A DNA stretch of 64,000 nucleotides from a virus. Its lineage: Duplodnaviria; Heunggongvirae; Uroviricota; Caudoviricetes. The first letter of the stretch is position 1; every line of letters starts with the position of its first letter. Where the stretch lies: positions 1-64,000 of the IMG/VR virus record IMGVR_UViG_3300018878_000133; one strand, given 5' to 3'. This document shows positions 7,858 through 16,660 of the stretch, piece after piece. A program made the position numbers and the translations under genes. A model generated the notes under the pieces. The model searched no databases. It saw only the letters and a list, made by a program, of their open reading frames with translations, and was not told the origin of the DNA.

Positions 7858-10800
7858 ATGTCTGAGCTTAATATTAGACGAGGTCTATCTACTGACCTTT
7901 TTATTGATGGGGAGCTTAACCCTAACATAGTTTTAGAAGAAGATTGTTGGTATCTTTGTACAGACACTGCAGAGCTCTTTTTAAGCGTTTTTGATAAAGA
8001 CGATAGTGGCCAAGAATTATTGACGCTAAAGCAGATTAATTATAGTAACAGTGATGGGATAGACTTAGCTGATTACTATAGTAAAGAAGAAATTGATACT
8101 ATAATTAATAATATCGAGCATCCAGCTAATCCTACAAAAGTAAGTGAATTAGAAAATGATGCTAATTACGCTACTGAGCAGCATGTTGAAGCTGCTGTTG
8201 CTGGGCTTACTCCTAAAGTTGAGCAGGTACAAACAAAACTCGAAAAAGAAGTTATTCCTACAGTTGAGCAACAGATTTTACCAACAGTTCAAAAAGTTGA
8301 AACAGAAATTATTCCAACAGTCCAAGAACTTACTGAAAAAGCTGCAACTCAAGAATGGGTAGCAAGTCAAAAATACTTACAAAATAAGTATGAAGTACTT
8401 CCTGTTGACGGAATGTTTGTTAGTTATAACAATAGCGAAGTTAGAGTGAATACTGAGCATGTAGACATCAATGCTCTGCCTCCTCAGAATGCCGGTGATG
8501 GTAGTTCAGATTCTTACTACTATATGACATTCCGAGCATATGCTCCAGAGAATGCTACAAGCGTTATTGAAGGCTCAAATGATAAGATGGATGCGGAGCA
8601 TAGTGCTCTTGCTACTGACAGTTTAGGCAGAAAATATACCACGATATGGTCGGCTATTGCCAACAAGAGTGGTGACAGCTGGTCAAAGTTTGGCGACAGA
8701 TCTACTATTGATAAATACCTTGGATTCTACTACAACTTCCACTGGTATGCTGATGATAAACTTATTAGTAAGGACAAAGTTCGTGTAATTCTTACCAATG
8801 ATACTTGTCACAACGATCTTGTGCCAGATGCTGTTGCTCGTCGTATTGATGAGAGAATAAGTACTGTTGCAGACATTGACCATAAGCACGATGACTTATA
8901 TGATATTAAAGGAACTGCTCAGGCTATTAAAGATGAACTTCTTAATGGCGCAGGTGAAGCTTATGATACTCTTAAAGAGCTTGGAAGCTTAATAGATAAT
9001 AATAAGGACGCTATTGAAGCTTTGACTACTATCGCTACAGGTAAGGCTGACGTAGATCATGAGCATACTGAATATGCAGTTGTTGAGCATAGTCATGCTA
9101 ACTATGCAACAACTGATCATTTACATGAAGATTATGCAAATAAAGTACATGGCCATGAAGAATATGCGACAATAGATCATGCTCATAATGAGTATATTAC
9201 AGAAGACACACTTGACAAAAAAGGCTATCTTACTGAACATCAAAGTTTAGAAGCTTATGCTAAAAAGGATGAGCTGTTTAGTAGAGACTATAACGATTTA
9301 AATAATAAGCCTGAGATTCCTAGTACCGAAGGTTTGGCTACAGAAGAATTCGTTAACACGGCTATCAATAATATAGAGCTTCCTGAGGCTGAACTTTATA
9401 AAGTTGATTTCAACGCTCCTGATTATGCCGAGGCAGTTGAAGCTTACAATAATGGAAAAGTATTAGTTTTAGTTAATGCGGCTCCAGACGTTAATAGCTA
9501 TGCCGTAATGAATTATGTAAGTGAAAAATATATTACATTTACAAAATTCTTAATGAGTAGAAGTGAAACCTACGGCGCATTTAATACTTATTATCTAAGT
9601 CCGGCTAATACCTGGGAAGTTTCAAAAGAAGTTAAACTTAATAAAGTTGAAATTACTGAGGATAACAAGCTCAACGTTGGTAAGCAAGAACTTGACGTCG
9701 CTACTAAGGAGTTTGTTACTCAGAAAATTGCTGAAGCTGAACTAGCTGACCAGGACGTCGACCTTAGCGCTTATTACACTAAGTCTGAAGTTGATGTACT
9801 TATCCCTGCAGTACCTACTAAAGTAAGTGAACTTGAGAATGATGCAAAATATGCTACTGAAGAATATGTAGATAATGCAATTAGTAATATTGAATATCCA
9901 ACAAAAGTAAGTGAATTAGAAAATGATGCAGGCTACATCACTGCTAAAGATATTCCTGAAGTTAATTTATCTAATTACTATAATAAATCTGAAACAGAAG
10001 CCTTAGTTAATGAAGTAATAAATGGAATTGATATTCCTGATACTTCTAGCTTTATTACTATGGAAGATGTTGAAGCTAAAGGTTATTTAACTGAGCATCA
10101 AAATCTTAGTGAATATGCCAAGAAGTCTGAAATTCCTAGTATTGAAGGACTCGCCTCGGAAGATTTTGTTAGAAGTGAAATTGCTAAAGCTGAGCTCAAT
10201 GGTGGCGAAGTAACTGAGGAAGAGCTTGATAATCTTCTTGCGAATTATTATAACAAGACTGAAGTTGATAATAAGTTCAAAGAGCTTGAAATTCCTTCTA
10301 TAGAAGGTCTCGCAACTGAAGAGTTTGTAAATAACGCTATTGCAGGTATTGAAATTCCTGAGACAGAACTATTTGTTGTTGATTTTGCTGCACCGGACTT
10401 TACTGCTGCAATTAATGCATATAACAATGGCAAATTCCTGGTTTTAGCTAATGCTGCTCCTGATGTAAATGGTTACGCAGTGATGAATTATGTCAGAAGT
10501 GACATGATTACATTTACAAAATTCTTAACAAGCAGAAGTGAAGCTTATGGTTCATTTAATACTTATTATTTACACAGTGATAATACCTGGGAAATTTCCA
10601 AAGAAGTTAAATTAAATAAAGTTGAAGCAAACGCTGACGGCGAAGTTAACGGTGAATTAACTAGTATCAGAATTGGTAAAGAGGTTTATAGCCTTCCAAA
10701 TACCGATGGGCTTGCTTCTGAGCAATATGTTAATGAACAGATTTTTGCACTTGAAATTCCAGAGGTTCCTACCAACGTAAGTGCATTTACTAATGATGCT

Positions 10801-11916
10801 GGATATCTTACTGAGCATCAAGATCTTAGCGAGTATGTTAAGAAGACAGAGCTGCCAGTTGTTGATGGTTTTGCAACAAAAGAAGAACTAAATAACGCAA
10901 TCGAGGCCATTGAACATCCAGTAGTGAACTTAGATAATTATGTTACTAAGGATGAGATTGAAGGTTTTATTAGCGAAGTTCCTGCTGAATACATAACTGA
11001 GGGCGAACTCGAATCTAAGGGTTATTTAACACAGCATCAAGATATTAGTCATTTAGCAACTAAGAAAGAAATTCCTGACGTGAGCAATTTCGCTCTAAAG
11101 TCTGATATTCCTGACGTTTCTAAGTTTATCTCAGAAATACCTAGTGAATATATTACAGAAGAAGAGCTTACAGCTAAAGGCTACTTAACTGAACATCAAT
11201 CACTTGAAGATTATTCAACTACTTCAGAAATAGCTAATGCAATTGCAACAGCTGTTGATGTTAAAGCTAATGATACTCCTTTTACAACTGCTAAATTTAT
11301 TAGTAACCCTATTGGAGATTTTAAAGTCGGCGATAATATAAAAGACCTTAAAATAGCAGAAATATTGGCTAAATTATTAGGGCTTACTGATGAACAGCCA
11401 GGACAAGAACCTGAAAATCCTGACGAGCCAGAAGGTATTATAGATAATTTAATAGCTAATGAATTACCTATGTATCAAATAGCTGCTGGTGGCCAACTTG
11501 AGGAAGTTGCTTTTAACTATAAAACGATGACTGTAGAAGAGTCAACAAAAGCTCCTGATACTGCTGGATTCTATCAAGTTATTGATGGTGATACTGTTAA
11601 TGAGTCTGGCTATCAACAATTTACAAGTTATGAAAATGAATTGTTTTATATGATTGCACTTCCAAACAGTCTTGATTTAAACTCAGATAAATTACAAGTT
11701 TCTGTAAAAATTTGGGACAACGGTTCTAAAGAATGGAAAAACACTTCCCCAGATTTTGCAAGTCAATTAACTTGTGATAAAGATCTAATTAGTGAAACAC
11801 TTGAGAGCTGCGGATTAGACGTCCCAACAGTTCCTAATGACTACACACTCTGGGTAAATCTTGATAGTGTAAATAATGGAGAGAAGTATAGATACATCAT
11901 TAAGGAGGTTATTTAA
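7858..11916 (+). CDS. large repeat-containing tail-fibre-like structural protein
   Basis: 1352 aa. Repeated 'KVSELENDA.YAT' and 'IPSIEGLATEEFVNNAI' motifs; an ~85-aa domain duplicated (aa ~510-600 and ~830-920); His-rich HxxxY repeat block. Confidence 0.7.
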   Translation: MSELNIRRGLSTDLFIDGELNPNIVLEEDCWYLCTDTAELFLSVFDKDDSGQELLTLKQINYSNSDGIDLADYYSKEEIDTIINNIEHPANPTKVSELENDANYATEQHVEAAVAGLTPKVEQVQTKLEKEVIPTVEQQILPTVQKVETEIIPTVQELTEKAATQEWVASQKYLQNKYEVLPVDGMFVSYNNSEVRVNTEHVDINALPPQNAGDGSSDSYYYMTFRAYAPENATSVIEGSNDKMDAEHSALATDSLGRKYTTIWSAIANKSGDSWSKFGDRSTIDKYLGFYYNFHWYADDKLISKDKVRVILTNDTCHNDLVPDAVARRIDERISTVADIDHKHDDLYDIKGTAQAIKDELLNGAGEAYDTLKELGSLIDNNKDAIEALTTIATGKADVDHEHTEYAVVEHSHANYATTDHLHEDYANKVHGHEEYATIDHAHNEYITEDTLDKKGYLTEHQSLEAYAKKDELFSRDYNDLNNKPEIPSTEGLATEEFVNTAINNIELPEAELYKVDFNAPDYAEAVEAYNNGKVLVLVNAAPDVNSYAVMNYVSEKYITFTKFLMSRSETYGAFNTYYLSPANTWEVSKEVKLNKVEITEDNKLNVGKQELDVATKEFVTQKIAEAELADQDVDLSAYYTKSEVDVLIPAVPTKVSELENDAKYATEEYVDNAISNIEYPTKVSELENDAGYITAKDIPEVNLSNYYNKSETEALVNEVINGIDIPDTSSFITMEDVEAKGYLTEHQNLSEYAKKSEIPSIEGLASEDFVRSEIAKAELNGGEVTEEELDNLLANYYNKTEVDNKFKELEIPSIEGLATEEFVNNAIAGIEIPETELFVVDFAAPDFTAAINAYNNGKFLVLANAAPDVNGYAVMNYVRSDMITFTKFLTSRSEAYGSFNTYYLHSDNTWEISKEVKLNKVEANADGEVNGELTSIRIGKEVYSLPNTDGLASEQYVNEQIFALEIPEVPTNVSAFTNDAGYLTEHQDLSEYVKKTELPVVDGFATKEELNNAIEAIEHPVVNLDNYVTKDEIEGFISEVPAEYITEGELESKGYLTQHQDISHLATKKEIPDVSNFALKSDIPDVSKFISEIPSEYITEEELTAKGYLTEHQSLEDYSTTSEIANAIATAVDVKANDTPFTTAKFISNPIGDFKVGDNIKDLKIAEILAKLLGLTDEQPGQEPENPDEPEGIIDNLIANELPMYQIAAGGQLEEVAFNYKTMTVEESTKAPDTAGFYQVIDGDTVNESGYQQFTSYENELFYMIALPNSLDLNSDKLQVSVKIWDNGSKEWKNTSPDFASQLTCDKDLISETLESCGLDVPTVPNDYTLWVNLDSVNNGEKYRYIIKEVI

Positions 11917-11918
11917 TA

Positions 11919-12473
11919 GTGGCAGGCTCGCAAATTGAACTACAGTATAAATATTCAGGTAAAGGTCCAGTAGATGCTAAATCATTAGTTAAAACCTATA
12001 ATGATTTGCTACTCTCTGAAACCTGGTATAATGATGCAGGTAAAGTATCTGCATATAATGGTATGATTGTAGCTGTTTGGCTAGATAGTGACTCAGCTAG
12101 AAACGGTATATATTTTTTACATGATAGTACTGTAACGAATATTTTAAAAGTACCTGATGTAACAAATGAAGCTAACTGGCATAAGCTTGGAGGTCTTAAC
12201 GACCTACCAGGCTTAGCCGAGCAAGTAGCAACAATTAAGACAAATCTTGAAACGCTTCAGTCTGAAGTAGATGAGCTACAAGATACCTCTACCGTTGTGG
12301 TAGATACAAAAGAGCAGTTGCCAGATAATGGTATTTCCGGAAGACTTTATGTTGTAACAGAAGAGGCTACTACTTATGTTTGGTACAATAATGAATATCT
12401 TCCTGTCGGCGACGGTGGTACAGATGATGCATCTGATATTGAAATTATTGACGGCGGCGGACCGTCAGCTTAA
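11919..12473 (+). CDS. hypothetical structural protein (GTG start)
   Basis: 184-aa ORF; AAGGAGG 9 nt upstream of GTG. Confidence 0.5.
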   Translation: MAGSQIELQYKYSGKGPVDAKSLVKTYNDLLLSETWYNDAGKVSAYNGMIVAVWLDSDSARNGIYFLHDSTVTNILKVPDVTNEANWHKLGGLNDLPGLAEQVATIKTNLETLQSEVDELQDTSTVVVDTKEQLPDNGISGRLYVVTEEATTYVWYNNEYLPVGDGGTDDASDIEIIDGGGPSA

Positions 12474-12537
12474 ATAAAGTTTTATAATTATCGAAAGATA
12501 ATAATAAATAAAAAATATTTTTTAGAGAGGTAAACAA

Positions 12538-13731
12538 ATGGCACAAAAGACATTGAATACTATTATTGTCTTGAGAAATGGCTCTAAAGAAGCATGGGAA
12601 GCTGATAACAGCTATCGCCTACAAGCTGGTGAAGTTGGTGTTGGCTACATGACTGTTGCTAAGACTATTGATGGTGAAACCAAAAATGTTCAGGTTCCAA
12701 TCATCAAAGTCGGTGACGGTTCAGACACTGCTTGGAAAGACCTTCCTCAAGCAGAAGGTGTTTTTGAGGAAGACCAGATCCTCACTTACAACTTCGGACG
12801 TCATACTACTTCCAACGGTTTCGTAAACGCTGGTGGTAAGGGTATGACAACTTCTGAATGGCTACTTGATGCTCTTTCAGAGACAAAAGATCCTGCTGTT
12901 GGTCAACCTTCATTTAGCATGATGGTGAAGACTCATAACGGTAAGTCTAATGGTACTGTTCTTGGTTATGGTATTGTAACTAACACAGGTACTGCTGAAA
13001 TCGGTAGTAAGATTAAGACAATTTCTTGGGATGGCACATTTAGCGCTGGTTCTTATGAATTTGGTTCTAAGATTGGTGACACAAAATATACTGACACTGC
13101 TACAGGTGTAACAGCTTCTTATGACGTTTCTTGTACTAAAGAAGGTACATTTACCGACGGCGTAGATGGTACTGTTACTCTTAATCCGCAGATTTCTATC
13201 AGTTCTACTTCTTCTGCAGAAGTCGCAAAGATTACAAACGTATGTACTTGGGGCGATTCTCCAAGAACTCCTGTTAATAATGTTGGTGCTATAGTTGATA
13301 GTAAGAGGATTAAAGGTAGTTCTTCTTCTAAAGAGATTACTTTCAGCATTACAGGTTTCCGTGAGGGCTTTTTCTTCGGTACTACTTCTGATGTGACTGC
13401 TACAGCTGATCTAGATAGTGCTACTATTAGAGGTCTTGCTAAGACTGGTGCTAAGTATGCAGCTGGTACAAAGAACATGACTGTTCCTGTTGGTGCTTCT
13501 ACTATTATACTTGCTTGTCCTGCAGGCTCTACTGGTGTAACTAAGGTTTATAATAATACTGTTAATGCAGACATGACTACTTCATTCACTAAGACTGAAG
13601 GTATTTCTGTTGGCGGTGCTGATGCTACTGCTACAAGTATTGGTGACTATGCAGAGAATTATAATGTTTGGACATTTACTCCTGCAGAAGCTTATGGCAC
13701 AGAGACTTCGCTCACTGTTACTTTAGGTTAA
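12538..13731 (+). CDS. tail fibre/receptor-binding protein with conserved N-terminal fibre motif
   Basis: 'IVLRNGSKEAWEADNSYRLQAGEVGV...IIKVGDGSDTAWKDLP' matches the shared N-terminal fibre motif; Gly/Thr/Ser-rich beta C-terminus. Confidence 0.65.
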   Translation: MAQKTLNTIIVLRNGSKEAWEADNSYRLQAGEVGVGYMTVAKTIDGETKNVQVPIIKVGDGSDTAWKDLPQAEGVFEEDQILTYNFGRHTTSNGFVNAGGKGMTTSEWLLDALSETKDPAVGQPSFSMMVKTHNGKSNGTVLGYGIVTNTGTAEIGSKIKTISWDGTFSAGSYEFGSKIGDTKYTDTATGVTASYDVSCTKEGTFTDGVDGTVTLNPQISISSTSSAEVAKITNVCTWGDSPRTPVNNVGAIVDSKRIKGSSSSKEITFSITGFREGFFFGTTSDVTATADLDSATIRGLAKTGAKYAAGTKNMTVPVGASTIILACPAGSTGVTKVYNNTVNADMTTSFTKTEGISVGGADATATSIGDYAENYNVWTFTPAEAYGTETSLTVTLG

Positions 13732-13745
13732 GGAGGAAATAAATA

Positions 13746-16559
13746 ATGGCGGAACTTTTAACTAGAATTCCTACAAATTTAACTGAGTATCCTAATAGCT
13801 TTAAAAGACAGGGTTGTTTCCCTCTAGAAGCTTATAGCGTATTCTATGCTACTGCTGATAAAACTGCTCTTGAGGCTGCTCAGGATTATGCGACCAAAAA
13901 TGCTATTGCATATGTAGGTCAAACACTTGCTGTTGTTACTACTAACGCAGAAGATGCTACTGTAGTAGATAACGTAACATTCTATATTATTGCCGACGCC
14001 GCTGGTACTCTTCAAGAAGTTGGTAAAGCTACTAACGGCGATGGTAAGAGCATCGTTCTTGATGAGAATGGTGTTTTAAGCTTAGCTGGCTTTGAGGCTG
14101 CTGCAGAATCAACTCTTCCACAGAAGCAGGCTGATGGTTCAATCAAGTGGGTTCCAATCGATTCTATTACAGAAGGCGATACTAACACTAAAACTGTAAT
14201 CGCTGCTGGTGATGAAGAGACTCATGTACTAATCGAGAAGGTACGTGATGATGATACAGATACTAATACCTATAAAATCTCTCTCGATCTTTCTGCCTAT
14301 GCTACTACTACTTCTGTAGAGACAGCTATTCAGGGCGTTAAAGATGAGTTTAATGGTAAGATTGGTGCAGCCGCTGAGGGTGACCAAAATGCAACAGGTC
14401 TTTATGCCGCTATTGCAGAAGCTGAGCAGAGAGCTAAAGACTATGCAGATTCTGCTGATGCTGACACTGTTTATGATGACACAGATGTTAAAGCTAGAAT
14501 CAAAGCTATCGAGGATGATTATCTAACTTCTGAAGATGCTTATGACGATACCGAACTTGCTGATCGTGTAACTGCTCTTGAAAAAGATATCGATGATGAA
14601 GCTAAAGCTCGTGAGCAGGCTGATGCTGATACTCTTAATTCTGCAAAGGGCTACACTGACGAACAGATCACTGGGCTTGACATAACCATTGAGAAGAAGA
14701 CTGTTAACGAAGTTGAATCTGACTATATCGTAATTAAGAATAGTGCAGGTACAGAGGTTGCTTCTGTAAATGCTGCTAAGTTCGTTAAAGACGGTATGCT
14801 TGATAGTGCTGCGTATGATAAGGATTCTAAGAAGCTTACTCTTACTTGGAACACTGATGCAGGTAAAAATGCTACTGAGATTGAGCTTAATGACCTTATC
14901 GATACCTACACTGGTGGTAACGGTATTACTGTTAGCACAGACGGTGAAATTGCAATTGATGAAGCTGTAGTTGCTACCGTTTCTGCTTTAAACGATGTTA
15001 AGGCTACTGCTGAAGCAGCACAGACTGCAGACGAAGTTACAAGTGCTATTGAAGAAGCTATTGAGGCTGAAAATCTTGGCCAATATGCAAAAGCTTCTGC
15101 CGTAGAAACAGAACTTGGCAAGAAAGTTGATAATACTACTTATGAACAGCATGTTGCTGACTATACTGCTGACAAGGCTACATTTGCTCTTAAAGCTGAT
15201 GTAAATGCTGACCTTGCTAAGAAAGTAGATGTAGACTCTTATACTACTGACAAGGCAACTTTTGCTGTCAAGTCTGACGTTGAAGGCCAGTTTGAATCTG
15301 TTGGAACACGCATTGGTGATGTTGAAACAGACCTTGCTGATAACTATTATGATAAGACTTCAGCTGATGATAAGTTTGCTACCATTGCAAACGCCGCAAC
15401 TAAAGACGAATTAGCAGGTGTTTCTCAGGTTGCTTCTAATGCTGCTACTAAGGCGGATAACTTAGAAGGTAAAATTAAAGAAATCACTGAGGTTGGCGGT
15501 GAACCTAACTCTATTGAGTACATCGCAGTTAATGGCACTAAGCTAACTCCTTCTGATGATGATAAAACAGTAAATATTGAGGTTCCTGTAATCTCAAACG
15601 TCAAAGTTTCTGACCTTAAAGATGGTCAAAGCTTTATTGACGCTGTTAATGAAAATGCTACCAATATCGGAACTCATGATTCAACTATTGCAGCGATTCA
15701 GCAAAGATTAAATAGTGATGAGACTGGACTAACTGTTCTTAACACTAGATTATCTGCTTTAGAGACTGAGGTCGGTGTTGTTGAATCTTCTAGAATCGAT
15801 TCTCTAGAGGGTATTATTAACGGTGACGGCACTGATAATAACAAGGGTCTTGCTGGTGTTGTTGCTGTTCATGGATCAGATATTGCTGGTCTTAAGACTA
15901 GAGACACTGAGCTCGCCAACCTTATTAAAGCAAACACTGATAAGTTTGATGGCTATTACACCAAAGACGAAGTCGATTCTGCAGTTCAGGGTGCTATTGA
16001 TGCAATTCCAGATGTAGACTTTGATCCTTATCTTGAGAAGGCAACATTTGAAGAGTTTAAGACAGCCAATCAGTCTGCTCTTGATCTTAAAGCAAATGCT
16101 GCTGACGTATATACTAAGGATGAGGCTGATGATACCTTCTTAACAGAAGCACAGGTTGACGCTCGTGTAAATGCTCTTATCGGTGGTGCAAATGCTGAAG
16201 ATACTATTACCAACGTTACAAACCTTATTGAGTTTGTAAACGATAATGCCAGCGATATTGCTCAGCTAGTAACTGATGTAGCTAATAATAAAGCTGCTCA
16301 TGAGGCTAATGCTTTAGCTATTGCTGCTAATACTGCTGCACATGAGAAGAATGCGGAAGATATTGCAGCACTTATTGCTTCTGTTGCGGCTAAAGAAGTT
16401 AAAGAATCTACTGAGATTTCTGTTGCTGCTATTGAAGGCGAAGGTGCTACTGGTGTTCAGCTTGGCATTAAAGAAGTTAATGTTAATAAGCTTGTTCAGA
16501 CTGAGGGCGATGAGCTTATTCTTAACGGTGGTTCTGCTACCGCAAAAGCTACTGAATGA
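13746..16559 (+). CDS. fibrous Ala/Asp/Thr-rich structural protein
   Basis: 937 aa, low complexity with internal repeats ('TYEQHVADYTADKATFALKADV' / 'SYTTDKATFAVKSDV'); AAGGAGG RBS. Confidence 0.65.
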   Translation: MAELLTRIPTNLTEYPNSFKRQGCFPLEAYSVFYATADKTALEAAQDYATKNAIAYVGQTLAVVTTNAEDATVVDNVTFYIIADAAGTLQEVGKATNGDGKSIVLDENGVLSLAGFEAAAESTLPQKQADGSIKWVPIDSITEGDTNTKTVIAAGDEETHVLIEKVRDDDTDTNTYKISLDLSAYATTTSVETAIQGVKDEFNGKIGAAAEGDQNATGLYAAIAEAEQRAKDYADSADADTVYDDTDVKARIKAIEDDYLTSEDAYDDTELADRVTALEKDIDDEAKAREQADADTLNSAKGYTDEQITGLDITIEKKTVNEVESDYIVIKNSAGTEVASVNAAKFVKDGMLDSAAYDKDSKKLTLTWNTDAGKNATEIELNDLIDTYTGGNGITVSTDGEIAIDEAVVATVSALNDVKATAEAAQTADEVTSAIEEAIEAENLGQYAKASAVETELGKKVDNTTYEQHVADYTADKATFALKADVNADLAKKVDVDSYTTDKATFAVKSDVEGQFESVGTRIGDVETDLADNYYDKTSADDKFATIANAATKDELAGVSQVASNAATKADNLEGKIKEITEVGGEPNSIEYIAVNGTKLTPSDDDKTVNIEVPVISNVKVSDLKDGQSFIDAVNENATNIGTHDSTIAAIQQRLNSDETGLTVLNTRLSALETEVGVVESSRIDSLEGIINGDGTDNNKGLAGVVAVHGSDIAGLKTRDTELANLIKANTDKFDGYYTKDEVDSAVQGAIDAIPDVDFDPYLEKATFEEFKTANQSALDLKANAADVYTKDEADDTFLTEAQVDARVNALIGGANAEDTITNVTNLIEFVNDNASDIAQLVTDVANNKAAHEANALAIAANTAAHEKNAEDIAALIASVAAKEVKESTEISVAAIEGEGATGVQLGIKEVNVNKLVQTEGDELILNGGSATAKATE

Positions 16560-16577
16560 AATAATAAGCTAAATTAA

Positions 16578-16612
16578 ATAGGTTACTTGGCATTAATTAT
16601 GCCAAGTAACCT
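16578..16612 (+). terminator. hairpin terminator candidate
   Basis: GGTTACTTGGCAT-taatt-ATGCCAAGTAACC; weak T-tract, so may be attenuating. Confidence 0.45.
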
Positions 16613-16660
16613 GCTAAAATAAATTAAATTTTATTAAATTTTTATAGGAGATAAATAATT

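Noticed and set aside
8156-8362. Plus-strand out-of-frame ORFs embedded in large fibre genes (8156-8362, 14344-14526, 14770-14970, 15823-16017, 16321-16572, 21548-21784, 21968-22168, 29261-29518, 42408-42677, 56931-57173).
   Set aside because: These are alternative-frame Leu/Lys-rich translations inside confidently called genes, with no RBS and no independent support.
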